A stretch of 64,000 nt of DNA from Tubiluchus corallicola (Eukaryota; Animalia; Priapulida): NCBI GenBank assembly GCA_030141605.1, contig JAQGDQ010000741.1:1-64000 (forward strand). The letters run 5' to 3'. The translations under genes and the position numbers were made by a program. Within the stretch, counting starts at the first letter, position 1; each line of letters opens with the position of its first letter. Shown here one piece after another: positions 25,177 to 39,404 of this stretch. Below the pieces are notes generated by a model. It was not told where the DNA came from. It saw nothing but the letters and a program-made list of their open reading frames with translations, and did no database searches.

Positions 25177-25571
25177 AAAACAAAACCGGATTCAATCTTA
25201 AACTTTAGGTCAAAATAATTTACTCTTTAAAATATTGAAAGGAAACACACTATTTTTTACAAAAATGACTTACGTGAAGGAATTATTACCACACAAACAC
25301 AATTTCACGTTCGCGCCACTAGTTCTTTGCTGTTACATGCATTTCGGCATTCTCTAGTTAGATGGGCACTAGCGCCTGGATTTCGGAAATGCCCAAAAGC
25401 AGGTGCTGTACCTCTCAATTTAAATAACGGCCCACCCGCCGTTAATTAAGATTTTAATCTAGTATTTAATTATCAGAAATCTTTTTGCCGCATTGATTGT
25501 GTTAAAGTGTATACTTTTTATCTGACTTGAAAATGGGGTTGTATATGAAAAATCATCTTGTCTTCCTTTAG
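25177..25571 (+). mobile_element. Kolobok-like family B, internally deleted
   Basis: Matches both ends of 9169-9775. Confidence 0.7.
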
Positions 25572-25664
25572 TATAAACGTAAATTTATAAAGAGGTTTGC
25601 ATAACGTAATGCAAAACATAAATAAAAGCAAAAGTACCTTCATCCTGAGCTGGTTGACCGTGTG

Positions 25665-26053
25665 TTGTAGCTCATGGAAGCAGCCATTTTGCTTCCGGTT
25701 TTTCTCTTGCCAAGCTCAGATCTTTGTCTGGAAGAGCCGTGTACTGGATTTAAACATAACTTCATTGTGCTCTTCCAAAGTCCATAGGAACCAACATTTG
25801 TCCGGTTGTTAAGTGTTTTGTAGAGACGCGACAAAAAACAATGGCTGACTCTAACAGTGATTTTCTCAAGATTATGTTTTTCAGTGTGTAGCCTGCACCT
25901 CAACTTCAACGTGGATTATCTCAGCTTAGAAATAACATAGAGCGATGAACTTGGTATCAAAATCATCCTCATGAAATGGAGATTCAGGATAAGTGAATAA
26001 CTAGAAAAGCTTAGCAGCCGACTTATGAACGACCCTGCTATGCAAGCAAACAC
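25665..26053. mobile_element. Family D (Sola1-like), right part
   Basis: Matches 12412-12799; the terminus is followed by ATAT. Confidence 0.7.
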
Positions 26054-26714
26054 ATATGCATTAACTGCCATATTACACTGATATACTGACCACTCAATGG
26101 TTCTTTTTCTAGCAGCAATACGTTTATAGTGTTGCTATCAACACCGGCCATTTGTCCCACCGTCTTCCTTTAACTGTAAGTATTTTAATGGCAATAAAAA
26201 AGTTATCAATCAATAAATCTTGTGGTAGTTTCTACATTTCTACAAGTGGTTTCAGTGGTCAGCTGGAAATTCTACTACTGCTCACTTGGCAATATCAAAG
26301 TAATGGATTCAAGTAGTAAGCCGAAAACATTAGACACAGCACCTGCTACATGATTAGTTAGGAAACTGTAATCATGTTGCAGCCACGCACATTTTCACTG
26401 CAACAGCTCCCTATGAGTTGTGTAAATAAGGAAAAGCTGACTAATAATTTTATTGTTTTTGATGGCGGCGTTGCGTGTAGAGATAATCGTATGTAGAGCA
26501 AACAAACCCGCGTTTTGCGAATTTGTAAATACGGTTAGACTAAGTGCCTTGCAATGTTTGTATGCATGTCATAACAGCAGCAATGGCAATTACATTGAAT
26601 GACAATTGTAACGACGTGACAACGACAATTCTAAGGGATATTTGTGCACGGAAATCGATTAGGTCGGAAAGCATTGTTCCTCCACTGGAACTCCGGCCAA
26701 GGTATTTGTAGTTC

Positions 26715-26815
26715 CACCCACGATGACCGCTAGACGCAACCATCTTGACGGTAGGTCATTTGAAACAAGTTTAGATATCATTGCGTAAAGTTTGAAAAAA
26801 ATCATCGGACCATTC
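26715..26815 (-). mobile_element. Family A internal fragment
   Basis: CGATGACCGCTAGACGC..CCATCTTGACG..GTCATTTGAAACAAGTTTAGAT. Confidence 0.65.
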
Positions 26816-28503
26816 CTCTTTCCAAATCTACTAAACTCTGCTAGGCATTACCAACTCTGCCAACACTTTTTCCAAATCTACTAAACTCTGCTAGGCATTA
26901 CCAACTCTGCCAACACTTTTTCCAAATGTACTAAACTCTGCTACGCATTACCAACTCAGCCAACACTTTTTCCAAATCTACTAAACTCTGCTACGCATTA
27001 CCAACTCAGCCAACACTTTTTCCAAATCTACTAAACTCTGCTACGCATTACCAACTCTGCCATCAGTTTTTCCAAATCTACTAAACTCTGCTACGCATTA
27101 CCAACTCTGCCAACACTCTTTCCAAATCTACTAAACTCTGCTAGGCATTACCAACTCTGCCAACACTTTTTCCAAATCTACTAAACTCTGCTAGGCTTTA
27201 CCAACTCTGCTAACACTTTTTCCAAATCTACTAAACTCTGCTAGGCATTACCAACTCTGCCAACACTTTTTCCAAATCTACTAAACTCTGCTAGGCATTA
27301 CCAACTCTGCCAACACTTTTTCCAAATCTACTAAACTCTGCTAGGCATTACCAACTCTGCCAACACTTTTTCCAAATCTATTAAACTCTGCTACGCATTA
27401 CCAACTCAGCCAACACTCTTTCCAAATCTACTAAACTCTGCTACGCATTACCAACTCAGCCAACACTCTTTCCAAATCTACTAAACTCTGCTACGCATTA
27501 CCAACTCTGCTAACACTCTTTCCAAATCTACTAAACTCTGCTACGCATTACCAACTCTGCCAACACTTTTTCCAAATCTACTAAACTCTGCTACGCATTA
27601 CCAACTCTGCCAACACTTTTTTCAAATCTACTAAACTCTGCTACGCATTACCAACTCAGCCAACACTTTTTCCAAATCTACTAAACTCTGCTACGCATTA
27701 CCAACTCTGCCAACACTTTTTCCAAATCTGCTAAACTCTGCTAGGCATTACCAACTCTGCCAACACTTTTTCCAAATCTGCTAAACTCTGCTAGGCATTA
27801 CCAACTCTGCCAACACTTTTTCCAAATCTGCTAAACTCTGCTAGGCATTACCAACTCTGCCAACACTTTTTCCAAATCTGCTAAACTCTGCTAGGCATTA
27901 CCAACTCTGCCAACACTTTTTCCAAATCTACTAAACTCTGCTAGGCATTACCAACTCTGCCAACACTTTTTCCAAATCTGCTAAACTCTGCTAGGCATTA
28001 CCAACTCTGCCAACACTTTTTCCAAATCTGCTAAACTCTGCTAGGCATTACCAACTCTGCCAACACTTTTTCCAAATCTACTAAACTCTGCTAGGCATTA
28101 CCAACTCAGCCAACACTCTTTCCAAATCTACTAAACTCTGCTAGGCATTACCAACTCAGCCAACACTTTTTCCAAATCTACTAAACTCTGCTACGCATTA
28201 CCAACTCTGCCAACACTTTTTTCAAATCTACTAACTCTGCTAGGCATTACCAACTCAGCCAACACTTTTTCCAAATCTGCTAAACTCTGCTAGGCATTAC
28301 CAACTCTGCCAACACTTTTTTCAATTCTGCAAAACTCTGCTAGGTATTACCAACTCTGCTAACACTTTTTCCAAATCTACTAAATTCTGTTAGGCATTAC
28401 CAACTCTGCTAACACTCTTTCCAAATCTACTAAACTCTGCTAGGCATTACCAACTCAGCCAACACTTTTTCCAAATCTACTAAACTCTGTTAGGCATTAC
28501 CAA
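26815..28503. repeat. 50-bp minisatellite, about 34 copies
   Basis: Unit TCCAAATCTACTAAACTCTGCTAGGCATTACCAACTCTGCCAACACTTTT. Confidence 0.97.
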
Positions 28504-29455
28504 ATTTTTCAATAATTTTTTGAAGTCCTGGCATTTTTAGCTTTGACATGCTTCTTTTTACATTTGCAGAACTTTTGCAACTTTGCTAACAGTTCTTTCA
28601 ACGCTCTCCACTGTTTTGCATATTTTCTTTGCAATCTTGCCAAATGTTTCAGCTCTGCCAACATTTCCAGCTACATATCTTTGTTCTTCTTTCAGGCCTG
28701 CTAGCTGTTCTTTTCAATTGTTTTAGCCTTTCCTTCAGCTTAGCCAGTTTCAGCTCTGCTAACTCTGCCTGCCAGTGGAAAATCAACTTAGATTGAACTC
28801 TTTGTTCCGGGGGTAACTTTTCCAGTTTCTAGGAAATCTCTAGAACACTCTCAAGGTTAATGAGGCAACCTGATTCGCTCAAAAAGAGTAAACTGCTTCG
28901 AGTAATGCTTGTTATTTCTTTCCGTTATAAAGCAACATAAATGTTTCATAGTAATAATAACCTTCTAGAAAAACACACTAATCTGTTCGCGTTTAAGTCG
29001 TTACAGTGATGACATACGTTCCAAGATTGTGTGCTAAAGTCGAATAAAATGACGTAATTCTTAGCGAAACGGGAAAAATTGAATCCTAAATAAATCATTG
29101 CAGTAACACCGAGGGAAGACGAAAATCATAAACTTGTACCGAGAGAAAATTTAGCAGTGAAAAATGTTGGAGGGGAAAAGAGGGACTTACAGCTGCAGGT
29201 GGAGAACTGTGAGTTACGACTCCCTGGAGGTAGTCAGGAGGTGGAGACACCTGTAAATTTTCTGCTGATGTTTTACATCGTTTTGTCGTTACAATTTTGT
29301 CGTTAATTCTTAAATAATTCGTCTATAGAGGGCAGTACTTTATCACACCCTGGATCAATGATGCCTGGGGAAGAGAAACCAGGAACTAAAAACTAGAAAT
29401 ACTCCATTGTTTCAACAGGAAGGAGACGGTGCACATTATTGTATTTGAAGAAATA

Positions 29456-30623
29456 TATGGGGTGTCTCAAAAGTAACCGCACACTTTAATTTCAGATCTT
29501 CTTTTTAAATTTCTCTTCTATTTTCTACAAGCTCTTACATGAAGCAAAAGGTGCCTTTGGCAAGTCTTCTCAATTATTTTTTGACTGGAACACAGTTGCC
29601 ATGGGGACGACACTATCATCATAAATGAGGCACAAAATCAGCTTCGCGCGAGGTCCTTTGATCACCAACGGAAGTTCATCAAAATGAATTCAGAGCACCA
29701 TATATGGACCACACTTCTTCTCACATTAAAAGAAATTGTTAATTTACTGTCCAAAATATACTTCTTCAGGCCTATAAAAGTTAGTAATTTTTTCTTATAG
29801 TTGAATAATTAGCTTAGAAAGTTAATTAACGGCAACTGAACACAGCTATAGCTCACGTCAAAAACTAACCACAGTTTGCGCAATGGCGGTCATCTTCCCT
29901 TGTGCGTCAAGCACATTTGCATAAGTGTTACAGTACTGCTTAAACGCGTGATGTCACGAAAATGGACTATACGTCATATGACGTCAAAAACTAACCACAG
30001 TTTGTGCAATTGCAGGCACCTTCCGTTGGGCGTCAAGCACATTTGTATAGGTGTTACAGTACTGCTTAAACGCGTGATGTCACGAAAATGGGCTGTACGT
30101 TATATGACGTCAAGAATTAACACTGCAGTTCGTGATCATGGTTATCACGGTACCACCTTCTATTTGTCTTCCACGCGCATGTAACAAAAAGGTGCCGCTG
30201 CCAATCTTAGTAGATTCGCTGAGCCGCGCGTAGCCTTGAAAGTTTAAAGAAATTTGAGTATCCGAGATAATTATTATTTGATCTAAGCTTTGATTTAAAA
30301 CAAGCTATTGTAGTTTTCAATATTTTAGAGCATTCTTTATTCTGAATCGTGTTTACACAATCATCTGGTTTTCCTTTAACGATCTAGTTGTTCAACATGT
30401 GCAGGACATCTTCACCACTCAAGAACTGTGAGAGACTTTCTCAATGCAAGATACCTGACTTGTAATTGGATTGGTGTCTGAATACTTGTGCGCTAATTCT
30501 TTTCTGATTTTTATCTAATTTTGGCTAAAAAACTGCCCACGGTTTTAGTTCATCTGTAGCAATTTGCAAACATTTTGCTTTGGTTGTTAAAAAATATAGG
30601 ATTGTACTTATGAGTCACCCTGT
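29456..30623 (+). mobile_element. Tc1/mariner remnant, copy 2, with a family C insertion
   Basis: TA-TGGGGTGTCTCA ... TGAGTCACCCTG-TA termini; HHSRTVRDFLNARY..WIG at ~30413-30475. Confidence 0.65.
29726..30379 (+). mobile_element. Kolobok-like family C with an internal ~126-bp duplication
   Basis: TTAA-AAGAAA...GGTTTTCCT-TTAA; matches 34121-34676. Confidence 0.75.
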
Positions 30624-30851
30624 ATTGTGAACAAAACATGCTATTAAAAGTTCAATCACGTATTTGAGCATAAAAATGTTCGTTACTGATTACTGAAGGC
30701 GGGATATGATCGTATTTAAGTCACATTGCATTTTGGATAATATTAAAAAGAGAACTTATGTAAAACTTGTATAAAAGAAACCTGTACAGCTAAATATAGC
30801 AGTTAGTATAGTAAAAATTATAAAATGCAGTACTTGTCTGCACTACTTCGC

Positions 30852-30950
30852 TTAAAGGGCAAGAAAAGGGGCACCTGAAGTAGGTACCAGAAAAATCGTC
30901 TTAAAAACTGTATGACTTTATAGCAATTTTATGCGTACATCTTACTCGAG
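30852..30950 (+). mobile_element. Family A 5' end running into the assembly gap
   Basis: TTAA-AGGGCAAGAAAAGGGGCACCTGAAGTAGG. Confidence 0.75.
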
Positions 30951-31813
30951 NNNNNNNNNNNNNNNNNNNNNNNNNNNNNNNNNNNNNNNNNNNNNNNNNN
31001 NNNNNNNNNNNNNNNNNNNNNNNNNNNNNNNNNNNNNNNNNNNNNNNNNNNNNNNNNNNNNNNNNNNNNNNNNNNNNNNNNNNNNNNNNNNNNNNNNNNN
31101 NNNNNNNNNNNNNNNNNNNNNNNNNNNNNNNNNNNNNNNNNNNNNNNNNNNNNNNNNNNNNNNNNNNNNNNNNNNNNNNNNNNNNNNNNNNNNNNNNNNN
31201 NNNNNNNNNNNNNNNNNNNNNNNNNNNNNNNNNNNNNNNNNNNNNNNNNNNNNNNNNNNNNNNNNNNNNNNNNNNNNNNNNNNNNNNNNNNNNNNNNNNN
31301 NNNNNNNNNNNNNNNNNNNNNNNNNNNNNNNNNNNNNNNNNNNNNNNNNNNNNNNNNNNNNNNNNNNNNNNNNNNNNNNNNNNNNNNNNNNNNNNNNNNN
31401 NNNNNNNNNNNNNNNNNNNNNNNNNNNNNNNNNNNNNNNNNNNNNNNNNNNNNNNNNNNNNNNNNNNNNNNNNNNNNNNNNNNNNNNNNNNNNNNNNNNN
31501 NNNNNNNNNNNNNNNNNNNNNNNNNNNNNNNNNNNNNNNNNNNNNNNNNNNNNNNNNNNNNNNNNNNNNNNNNNNNNNNNNNNNNNNNNNNNNNNNNNNN
31601 NNNNNNNNNNNNNNNNNNNNNNNNNNNNNNNNNNNNNNNNNNNNNNNNNNNNNNNNNNNNNNNNNNNNNNNNNNNNNNNNNNNNNNNNNNNNNNNNNNNN
31701 NNNNNNNNNNNNNNNNNNNNNNNNNNNNNNNNNNNNNNNNNNNNNNNNNNNNNNNNNNNNNNNNNNNNNNNNNNNNNNNNNNNNNNNNNNNNNNNNNNNN
31801 NNNNNNNNNNNNN
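30951..31813. other. Assembly gap (863 N)
   Basis: Run of N. Confidence 1.
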
Positions 31814-31949
31814 TGGTGCCATGTTTCAATTAATTTGTAGTTTTCTCGACGCTAACATAGTTGCACATGGTGTATGTTTGCAGTTTACTGCATGAAGGAA
31901 TTATGATTCAAAATAAATTACATTTCATTAAATTACAACGACTGCTATG

Positions 31950-31950
31950 C

Positions 31951-32016
<66 letters not shown>

Positions 32017-32022
32017 AACAGC

Positions 32023-32075
<53 letters not shown>

Positions 32076-32169
32076 GCAACAGCAACACCAACAGCAGCAC
32101 CAAAAGCAACAACAACAGCAACAGCAAACAGCAACAGTGGCGGTGGCAATGACGACGACGACGACGACG

Positions 32170-32228
<59 letters not shown>

Positions 32229-32279
32229 ATCGTCATCATCACCACCATCACCATCATCATCACCATCATCATCATCACC

Positions 32280-32311
<32 letters not shown>

Positions 32312-32360
32312 CATCATTATCATCATCATCACCATCATCACCATCATCATCACCATCATC

Positions 32361-32392
<32 letters not shown>

Positions 32393-32452
32393 CGTCATCA
32401 TCATCATCACCATCACCATCATCATCGTCGTCGTCGTCGTCACCATCATCAC

Positions 32453-32488
<36 letters not shown>
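31950..32488 (+). repeat. Compound (AAC)(CAG)(GAC)(TAC)(CAT/CAC)n microsatellite
   Basis: Read directly. Confidence 0.95.
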
Positions 32489-33221
32489 ACGCCCATTACG
32501 TTGATTATAGACATTGGGCAGGCTGAATTCTAAAATAAAAGAAATCTGTTCTCAAGACAGGTAAAAGCAGCAGTAATTTTAACGTTCTTCCAGACATTTC
32601 GCAAATGTCACGTGTTTTCTTCGAGACTTGTCATCCTCTTACTGTTCTATTTTTATTCCCCGATTTATCATATACAAGAGTGTCAAATTCGCCCGAGTAG
32701 GCAATGTAGGCTCTATGTTTTCAGCAGAGAAACGTGTGAGTAGTTGAGTACACTCTAACAAGATATAAAATAGCTCTTTTTCTTAAACAAGTCGAAAGCG
32801 TTTGCTATAAACCTCCCGTTTTGCCTTCCAGTATTTGAAAATATTCACGATTTATTAGGTAATCATCAGTTACTTTACGTCGGGGAGTCAATTAAAATGA
32901 AATAACATTTTGGGTTTTATAGAAAATGATTATCCTTACAAAATGGTGACGGAACGAGCCAGGCTACAGTAGCATATTGTTTCTGGTTATTTATGGTAGT
33001 GTAAACAAAATGATCTGAATACGATCTTTCTGCATGCAATGATGTATCGCTTTCTCGTTTTTTAGGTCGTTGGTTAATGAAGAAAATCTATTTTAGGAAC
33101 TACGAAGCTTTCAGCGTTTCTTCCCGTTTTAATCTTTTGAGTTTTGCTTTACTCCTAGATCTATCCATCCATAGCAATTAGTATAAAAAGCAGCCCAACT
33201 GTATTGCAAAAACGGCAGTGA

Positions 33222-33250
33222 AGAGAGAGAGAGAGAGAGAGAGAGAAGGG

Positions 33251-33296
<46 letters not shown>

Positions 33297-33331
33297 AGAG
33301 AGAGAGAGAGAGAGGGAGAGAGAGAGAGAGA

Positions 33332-33420
<89 letters not shown>

Positions 33421-33520
33421 GAGAAGGGGAGAGGGAGAGAGAGGGGATGGAGGGAAAGAGAGAGAGGGGAAGAGAGAGAGGGAGAGAGAGAGAAGAGAGA
33501 GAGAGAGAAAGAAAGAGAGG

Positions 33521-33551
<31 letters not shown>

Positions 33552-33611
33552 AAGAAAGAGAGTGAGAGAAAGGGAGAGTGAGAGGGCGAAAGAGAGAGAG
33601 AGGGGTGAGAG

Positions 33612-33651
<40 letters not shown>

Positions 33652-33659
33652 AAGAAAGA

Positions 33660-33703
<44 letters not shown>

Positions 33704-33721
33704 TACAGAAAGAGAGAGAGA
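33222..33721 (+). repeat. (GA)n microsatellite
   Basis: Read directly. Confidence 0.97.
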
Positions 33722-34120
33722 ATGACAATGAAAACTTTGATTTTCCGATAAAGCTGAAAACAATTTAATTATTGATAGATGCAAGCTAACATTTTAGGTA
33801 AGTCGGCACATCAGCTTACTGTTATTACAACTTATATCTTTGTTACATAATACTAATAATGGCGGCATTCGTCTGAAACCACTTCTGTTCAACCAACCGT
33901 GAAAATGTTAGACAAGTACTCAAACAGATCTCCAAGAGGTCACTACGGATTCACCTTGCCGTGTTTATTTTCATTCTTAAATCATAAAACCCAAAGGCTA
34001 AGAGCATAAGTCTTAGTAAGAAGTTTGTATTTCTTTTTAATTCTTTTACTGATACGATTTGGAGAAGCTTTGATGTCGTATTAAAATTAAAGGTCAGCGC
34101 AGATTAGGCATTTATTAACC

Positions 34121-34676
34121 TTAAAAGAAAACCAAACGATAGTTTAGACTCAATCTCATTTTAATTTACTGTCCTAAATATACATTTTCTTGCCTGTAAA
34201 GGTTAACAATCGTTCCTTGCAGTTGAATAATTAGCTTAGAAAGTTAATTAACGGCAACTGAACACAGCTATTGCTTACGTCAGAAACTAACCACAGTTTG
34301 TGCAATGGCAGGCGTCTTCCCTTGCGCATCAAGCACGTTTGCGTAAATGTTACAGTACTGCTTAAACGCGTGATGTTCACGAAAATGGGCTCTGCGTCAC
34401 ATGACGTCAGAAACTAACACGGCAGTTCATAATCATGGTTATCACGGTAACGCCTTCTATTTGTCGGACACGCGAATGTGACAAAAGGCGCCGCTGCCAA
34501 TCTTAGTAGATTCACTGAGCCGCGCGTAGCTTTGAAAGTTTAAAGAAAATTGAGTATCCGAGGTAATTATTATTTAATCTAAGCTTTGATTAAAAATAAG
34601 CTATTGTAGTTTTCAGTATTTTAGAGCATTCTTTATTCTGAACTCGTGTTTACATAATCATCCGGTTTTCCTTTAA
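34121..34676 (+). mobile_element. Kolobok-like family C, full length
   Basis: TTAA-AAGAAAACC...GGTTTTCCT-TTAA, giving TIRs plus a TTAA TSD. Confidence 0.8.
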
Positions 34677-34889
34677 GAAAAGCAAGAAATGTCAAGTACT
34701 TTAAATAAAATTTAATAATGTTTGGTTTCGAAAGCTATGAATGTCAACCATTCGCGCCTCCAATCTTCATTGTGAGTCACCATACAAAGGAGATGGTCGT
34801 TTTCTATGGTCACCCAAAATAGCTGAAATTGGTCTCTGTAATCCCTGACGAAGATTTATTTACATACCTAATCTTGTTACTTAGTCTTA

Positions 34890-35253
34890 TGTACCTTAAT
34901 CTTACATACCTTAATCTTATATACCTTAATGTTATATACCTTAATCTTACATACCTTAATCTTATATACCTTAATGTTATATACCTTAATGTTATATACC
35001 TTAATCTTACATACCTTAATGTTATATACCTTAATCTTACATACCTTAATCTTACATACCTTAATGTTATATACCTTAATCTTACATACCTTAATGTTAT
35101 ATACCTTAATCTTACATACCTTAATGTTATATACCTTAATCTTACATACCTTAATCTTACATACCTTAATCTTACATACCTTAATCTTACATACCTTAAT
35201 CTTACATACCTTAATCTTACATACCTTAATCTTATATACCTTAATGTTATATA
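34890..35253 (+). repeat. 15-bp minisatellite (ATACCTTAATCTTAC / ATACCTTAATGTTAT)
   Basis: Read directly; about 24 copies. Confidence 0.95.
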
Positions 35254-35559
35254 TACATGTAATTCAACAACGAGATTTTTTCCAGCGAATAATATTTAAA
35301 TTCTAAAATACAATGTTTAAATTATGGTGAACACTAAGAGAGAGAGCTATTCCAAAATTACTATGGATGACGAAAACCCAAGGGCCCGTTCATACTAGCT
35401 AGTTGTTTTTCTGAACTGAAGTGTGAACTGATTGGGGAGCTAAAGAGAGCTATATATCTTACACATATATATTATACATATGTGTATATGTAATATGTAT
35501 GTAATTTAAAGTATTTTCTGTTTTATTACATTAATTGTTTACGGTATAATATATATATT

Positions 35560-36270
35560 AAGCAAATAAAGTAATAAAACATGAAATACCTTAAATCAGT
35601 TATTTAATACATGACATGTAAATATTGATAATACTGTTCATATATGATGGCATTACATGTATCTTGGGGTTAGGATTATGGTAAGGATTAGTGTTTGGTT
35701 GGTGTTAGGGTTAGGGTTAGGATTAGTGTTAAGGTTAGGGTTAAGGTTAGGGTTAGTGTAGGGTTAGTGTAATGGTTATAATTAGTGTTAGGTTGGGGTT
35801 AAGGTTAGGATTAGAGATAGAGTTAGGATTAGTGATAGGGTTAGGATTTGTGTTAGGGTTAGTGTAATGGTTAGAATTAGTGTTAGGATTAGTGATAGGG
35901 TTAGGATTAGTGTTAGGGTTAGGGTTACTGTATTAGTTAGAATTAGTGTTAGGTTGGGGTTAAGGTTAGGATTAGTGTTAGGGTTAGGATTTGTGTAAGT
36001 ATTAGTGTAATAGTTAGAATTAGTGTTAGGATTAGTGTAATGGTTAGAATTAGTGTTAGGTTGGGGTTAGTGTTAGGTTGGAGTTAGTATTAGGATTAGG
36101 ATTAGGGTTTGGATTAGTGTTAGGGTTAGTGTAATGGTTTGGATTAGCGTTAGGGTTAGGGTTATTTCTTTTTCCTGTGACTTTTTCCATGTGGCTTTTT
36201 TACCCGTGACTTCATTACCTGTGTCTTTTTACCTGTGGCTTTTTTACCCGTGATTTCATTACCTGGATTC
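35560..36270 (-). mobile_element. Helentron/HINE-like element with degenerate (GGGTTA)n
   Basis: GGGTTA-type tract at 35666-36165, then CCTGTGACTTTTT arrays ending TTACCTGGATTC. Confidence 0.65.
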
Positions 36271-36989
36271 GGTATTTTTCAAAGAATTTATTGTCACTAT
36301 TAAGAAAAAATCTGTTGCTAACGAATGCTTTCTTCCTCATGTTAGACCTGCACAAGCTTACCAGAACACAACTGCGCACGTTTAGAATTCGTTCACAGAA
36401 AGATTCCATTGAGTCAAACAGAGACCATGTTTGTCTTTGCAACGCCAATTTCCTATGCGGCTTATGCAGCAAACCGTGCCATCTGAGAAATCATTAGTTA
36501 CTCGCTAATTGTGTTATTCTTAAAGATAAGACCCCATGTGGTCTTGCTACAGCAAATATTACGTTTTTACATTTACAGGAAACTATTACATTTAGAAGGA
36601 TCAGCATAATGGAATAAATTGCTCTACCCGAAGAAAAAGCGAGAAACGGTTTTTTGCTGTTTTCTTGTGGTATTTCGTCCAGAGAATAACAAATCCAAAA
36701 ATAGTCCGAAATTTGTGCACTGGAAAGGGACTAATTATGACGTCAAGAAGATGGCCGCCATTTGACCAAAATGAATGGGTATTTAGTCTACAAGAATAGT
36801 GAAAAAATGCTCATTGTGACTCCAAAGCTTGAAATTTGCATAGTGCTACAACCCATTAAGGTGATTAATTTTCGTTATGGGGTCCATCGATATTCGTCCA
36901 ACATGGCTGCAATTTTCAAGATGGTCGACAATATGGTTGTTACTAGTTCATAAAAGCCAAATCTTTTAGGAAATGTGAAAAATTCAGGG

Positions 36990-37060
36990 TGTTATTGTTG
37001 GTGTTGTTGATGCTGCTGCTGCTGCTGTTGTTGTAGTTGTAGTAGTAGTAGTAGTAGTAG

Positions 37061-37114
<54 letters not shown>

Positions 37115-37233
37115 ATGATGATGATGTTGTTGTTGTTGTTGTTGTTGCTGCCGTTGCTGCCACTGCTGTTGTTGTTGTGTTTTGTTGTTGTTGTTGTTGT
37201 TGATGATGTTGTTGTTGTTGATGATGATGATGA

Positions 37234-37281
<48 letters not shown>

Positions 37282-37282
37282 G
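36990..37282 (+). repeat. (GTT/GAT/GCT/GTA)n microsatellite
   Basis: Read directly. Confidence 0.95.
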
Positions 37283-37787
37283 CTGTCCATTTAATAAGTT
37301 TTTATTCACTTTTTGTATTTTGACGTCTCAATAGAATAACTTCGTATTCTAAATATTTATTTTACCATAAAACGGATTCTATGATAACGCTAAAAGAATT
37401 TCCAAATAATGTGTTGACGAAATAGGTTCCAAGGGAAAGTTAAGTAGTAGGCTATCTAGGCAATTGGCAAAAAATAGTCAGTAGGCGAGTAACACAAATG
37501 CTTCGCATTCCAGACTAGTTATAACTTTGTATTTTATCACATTACTTGTGATTTGCACATTGTATGGCGCTTTTTCTTTGTTTTATTCGATATTATTTTA
37601 CGTGAATGTTATTGGTTAAGTATTTATAAAAAACAACGTGTACTAGTACTTATCTATTTCACTGGTTATGATGATTTCACCACAGGTAAATCTACCTACA
37701 AAGTCTTTTTCAATAAAGGAAGCAAATTTCTAGTAACTTCAGTGAATTAGTGCAGAATTAAAGGTGTCACTATAACGAGAACAATAT

Positions 37788-38393
37788 GTGTGATTGCTAA
37801 ACAAAACCGTCCATAAGTCAGCTTCTAACTGATGCTTCAAAGTAGAATGGTCCTAAAATTTGGTCAAATTTCAGTTTTTTTGTTTTTTATACAAAGAAAT
37901 GCTAAGTATGTTGGGCCTTTGTATTCTAGCATCAGATTAACAAGAAAATGTTCAAAAATACTAAAAATCTAATTTTATAACACCCTTCCCACTTTTCTGG
38001 CTAGAAACTTGTACTGCAATTGCGAAAAATTTGAATGTTCAAACTTCGATTGTAGCTCTTGGAAGCAGTCATTTTGCTTCGGGTTTTTTTTTCGTTGTCA
38101 AGCCCTGACCTTCCTCAGGAAGAGCCATCTACTGGATTTAAACGTAACTTCAATGCGTTCTTGCAAAGTCCGTAGCAACCAACATTTGTGCGGTTGCTAA
38201 GTGTTTTGTAGAAACGCGTCAGAAAACAATGGCTGACTTTAACAGTGATTTTCTCAAGGTTATGTTTTTCAGTGTGCAGCCTGCACCTCAACTTGAACGT
38301 GGATTATCTCAACTTAGAAATAACATAGAGTGATGAGCTTGGTATTAAAATGATCCTCGTGAAATGGAGATTCAGGATATGTGAATAACTGAG
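37788..38393. mobile_element. Family D (Sola1-like), lacking the right terminus
   Basis: ATAT|GTGTGATTGC..CGTCCATAAGTCAGC; the body matches 12181-12752. Confidence 0.7.
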
Positions 38394-39404
38394 ATTACAC
38401 GTTTTGCTTTGCATTTTGCGAAAGTCGTTTAATAATATCCCGTTTATTTTAATGCAAGTAATATACATATATACATATCTATATATATCTGTACAATCTA
38501 TGTATATACATATATATATAAAATGTACAATATGTACAATATATATACAATAATACATATAATAGGCCCTATATATAATATAATTTATTATAATATATAA
38601 CTTAATATATAATATATTATATTACATATTATAATATAACTTATATTTTTAGTTATGCCAGTTAAAGAGTTTCAAGTCTTAAAACTTACAAAAAATTATA
38701 TATATACATAACCACGTACATATGTGTATGTATATTTACATACACATACATTTTTTGCTAGCAAACTCTCAAGTAACCAAATTAATTTGGTTAAATTAAT
38801 TTTTGAATGTCTACATGTGTTTGTATTTGCATTGTGTATTTTGTATTTTGTAAATTTCTTTTTTATTTGTAACATGTTTATATTATAAATCTATTCTCAA
38901 TGATTGTGCATTGCGTACTCTGTGCATTTTTCTATTCATCTGTATACAGTTTTAATATAGTTTGTTAATTTAAATGTGGACGCCTACTAACAACCACGTT
39001 ATTGCTTGTATCAATTTTTTATTAACTAAAACATGCATACAGACAACTTAAACACGGTAATTTATAGTGAATTGCAAGGCATCGTCTTTTAATTGCCTTA
39101 ATTTCTATTAATTACCTTAAAGCAGATTAACTGCAAAGAAAATTAAAATTTCGTAGTGAATTCTGGAACACGTAGAAATAACGTGTTGAATATTTTTTGG
39201 TGGCGCCATCTTGTATTTTATTTTTCCGCACGTCAACCAGTAAACAAGTTAAAGAATTAAAAGTCCTCCGCAAACGTGAAGTGTAGCAGGTCTTCCCAAA
39301 GTGCCTGACTTGCACAGGTATTAATGTCACAAAATACCGCAAGGGTGCAGCAGTGTCATCACTTACTGCTCAATCGCTGCTAACAACGATCGTGGTTACC
39401 ACTA

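Noticed and set aside
26113-26175. Plus-strand 63-nt exon-like segment, and a 12-nt one near 21290
   Set aside because: Splice signals are present but there is no recognisable peptide or partner exon; such matches are expected by chance in 64 kb.
30929-31833. ORFs across the N run
   Set aside because: Assembly gap.
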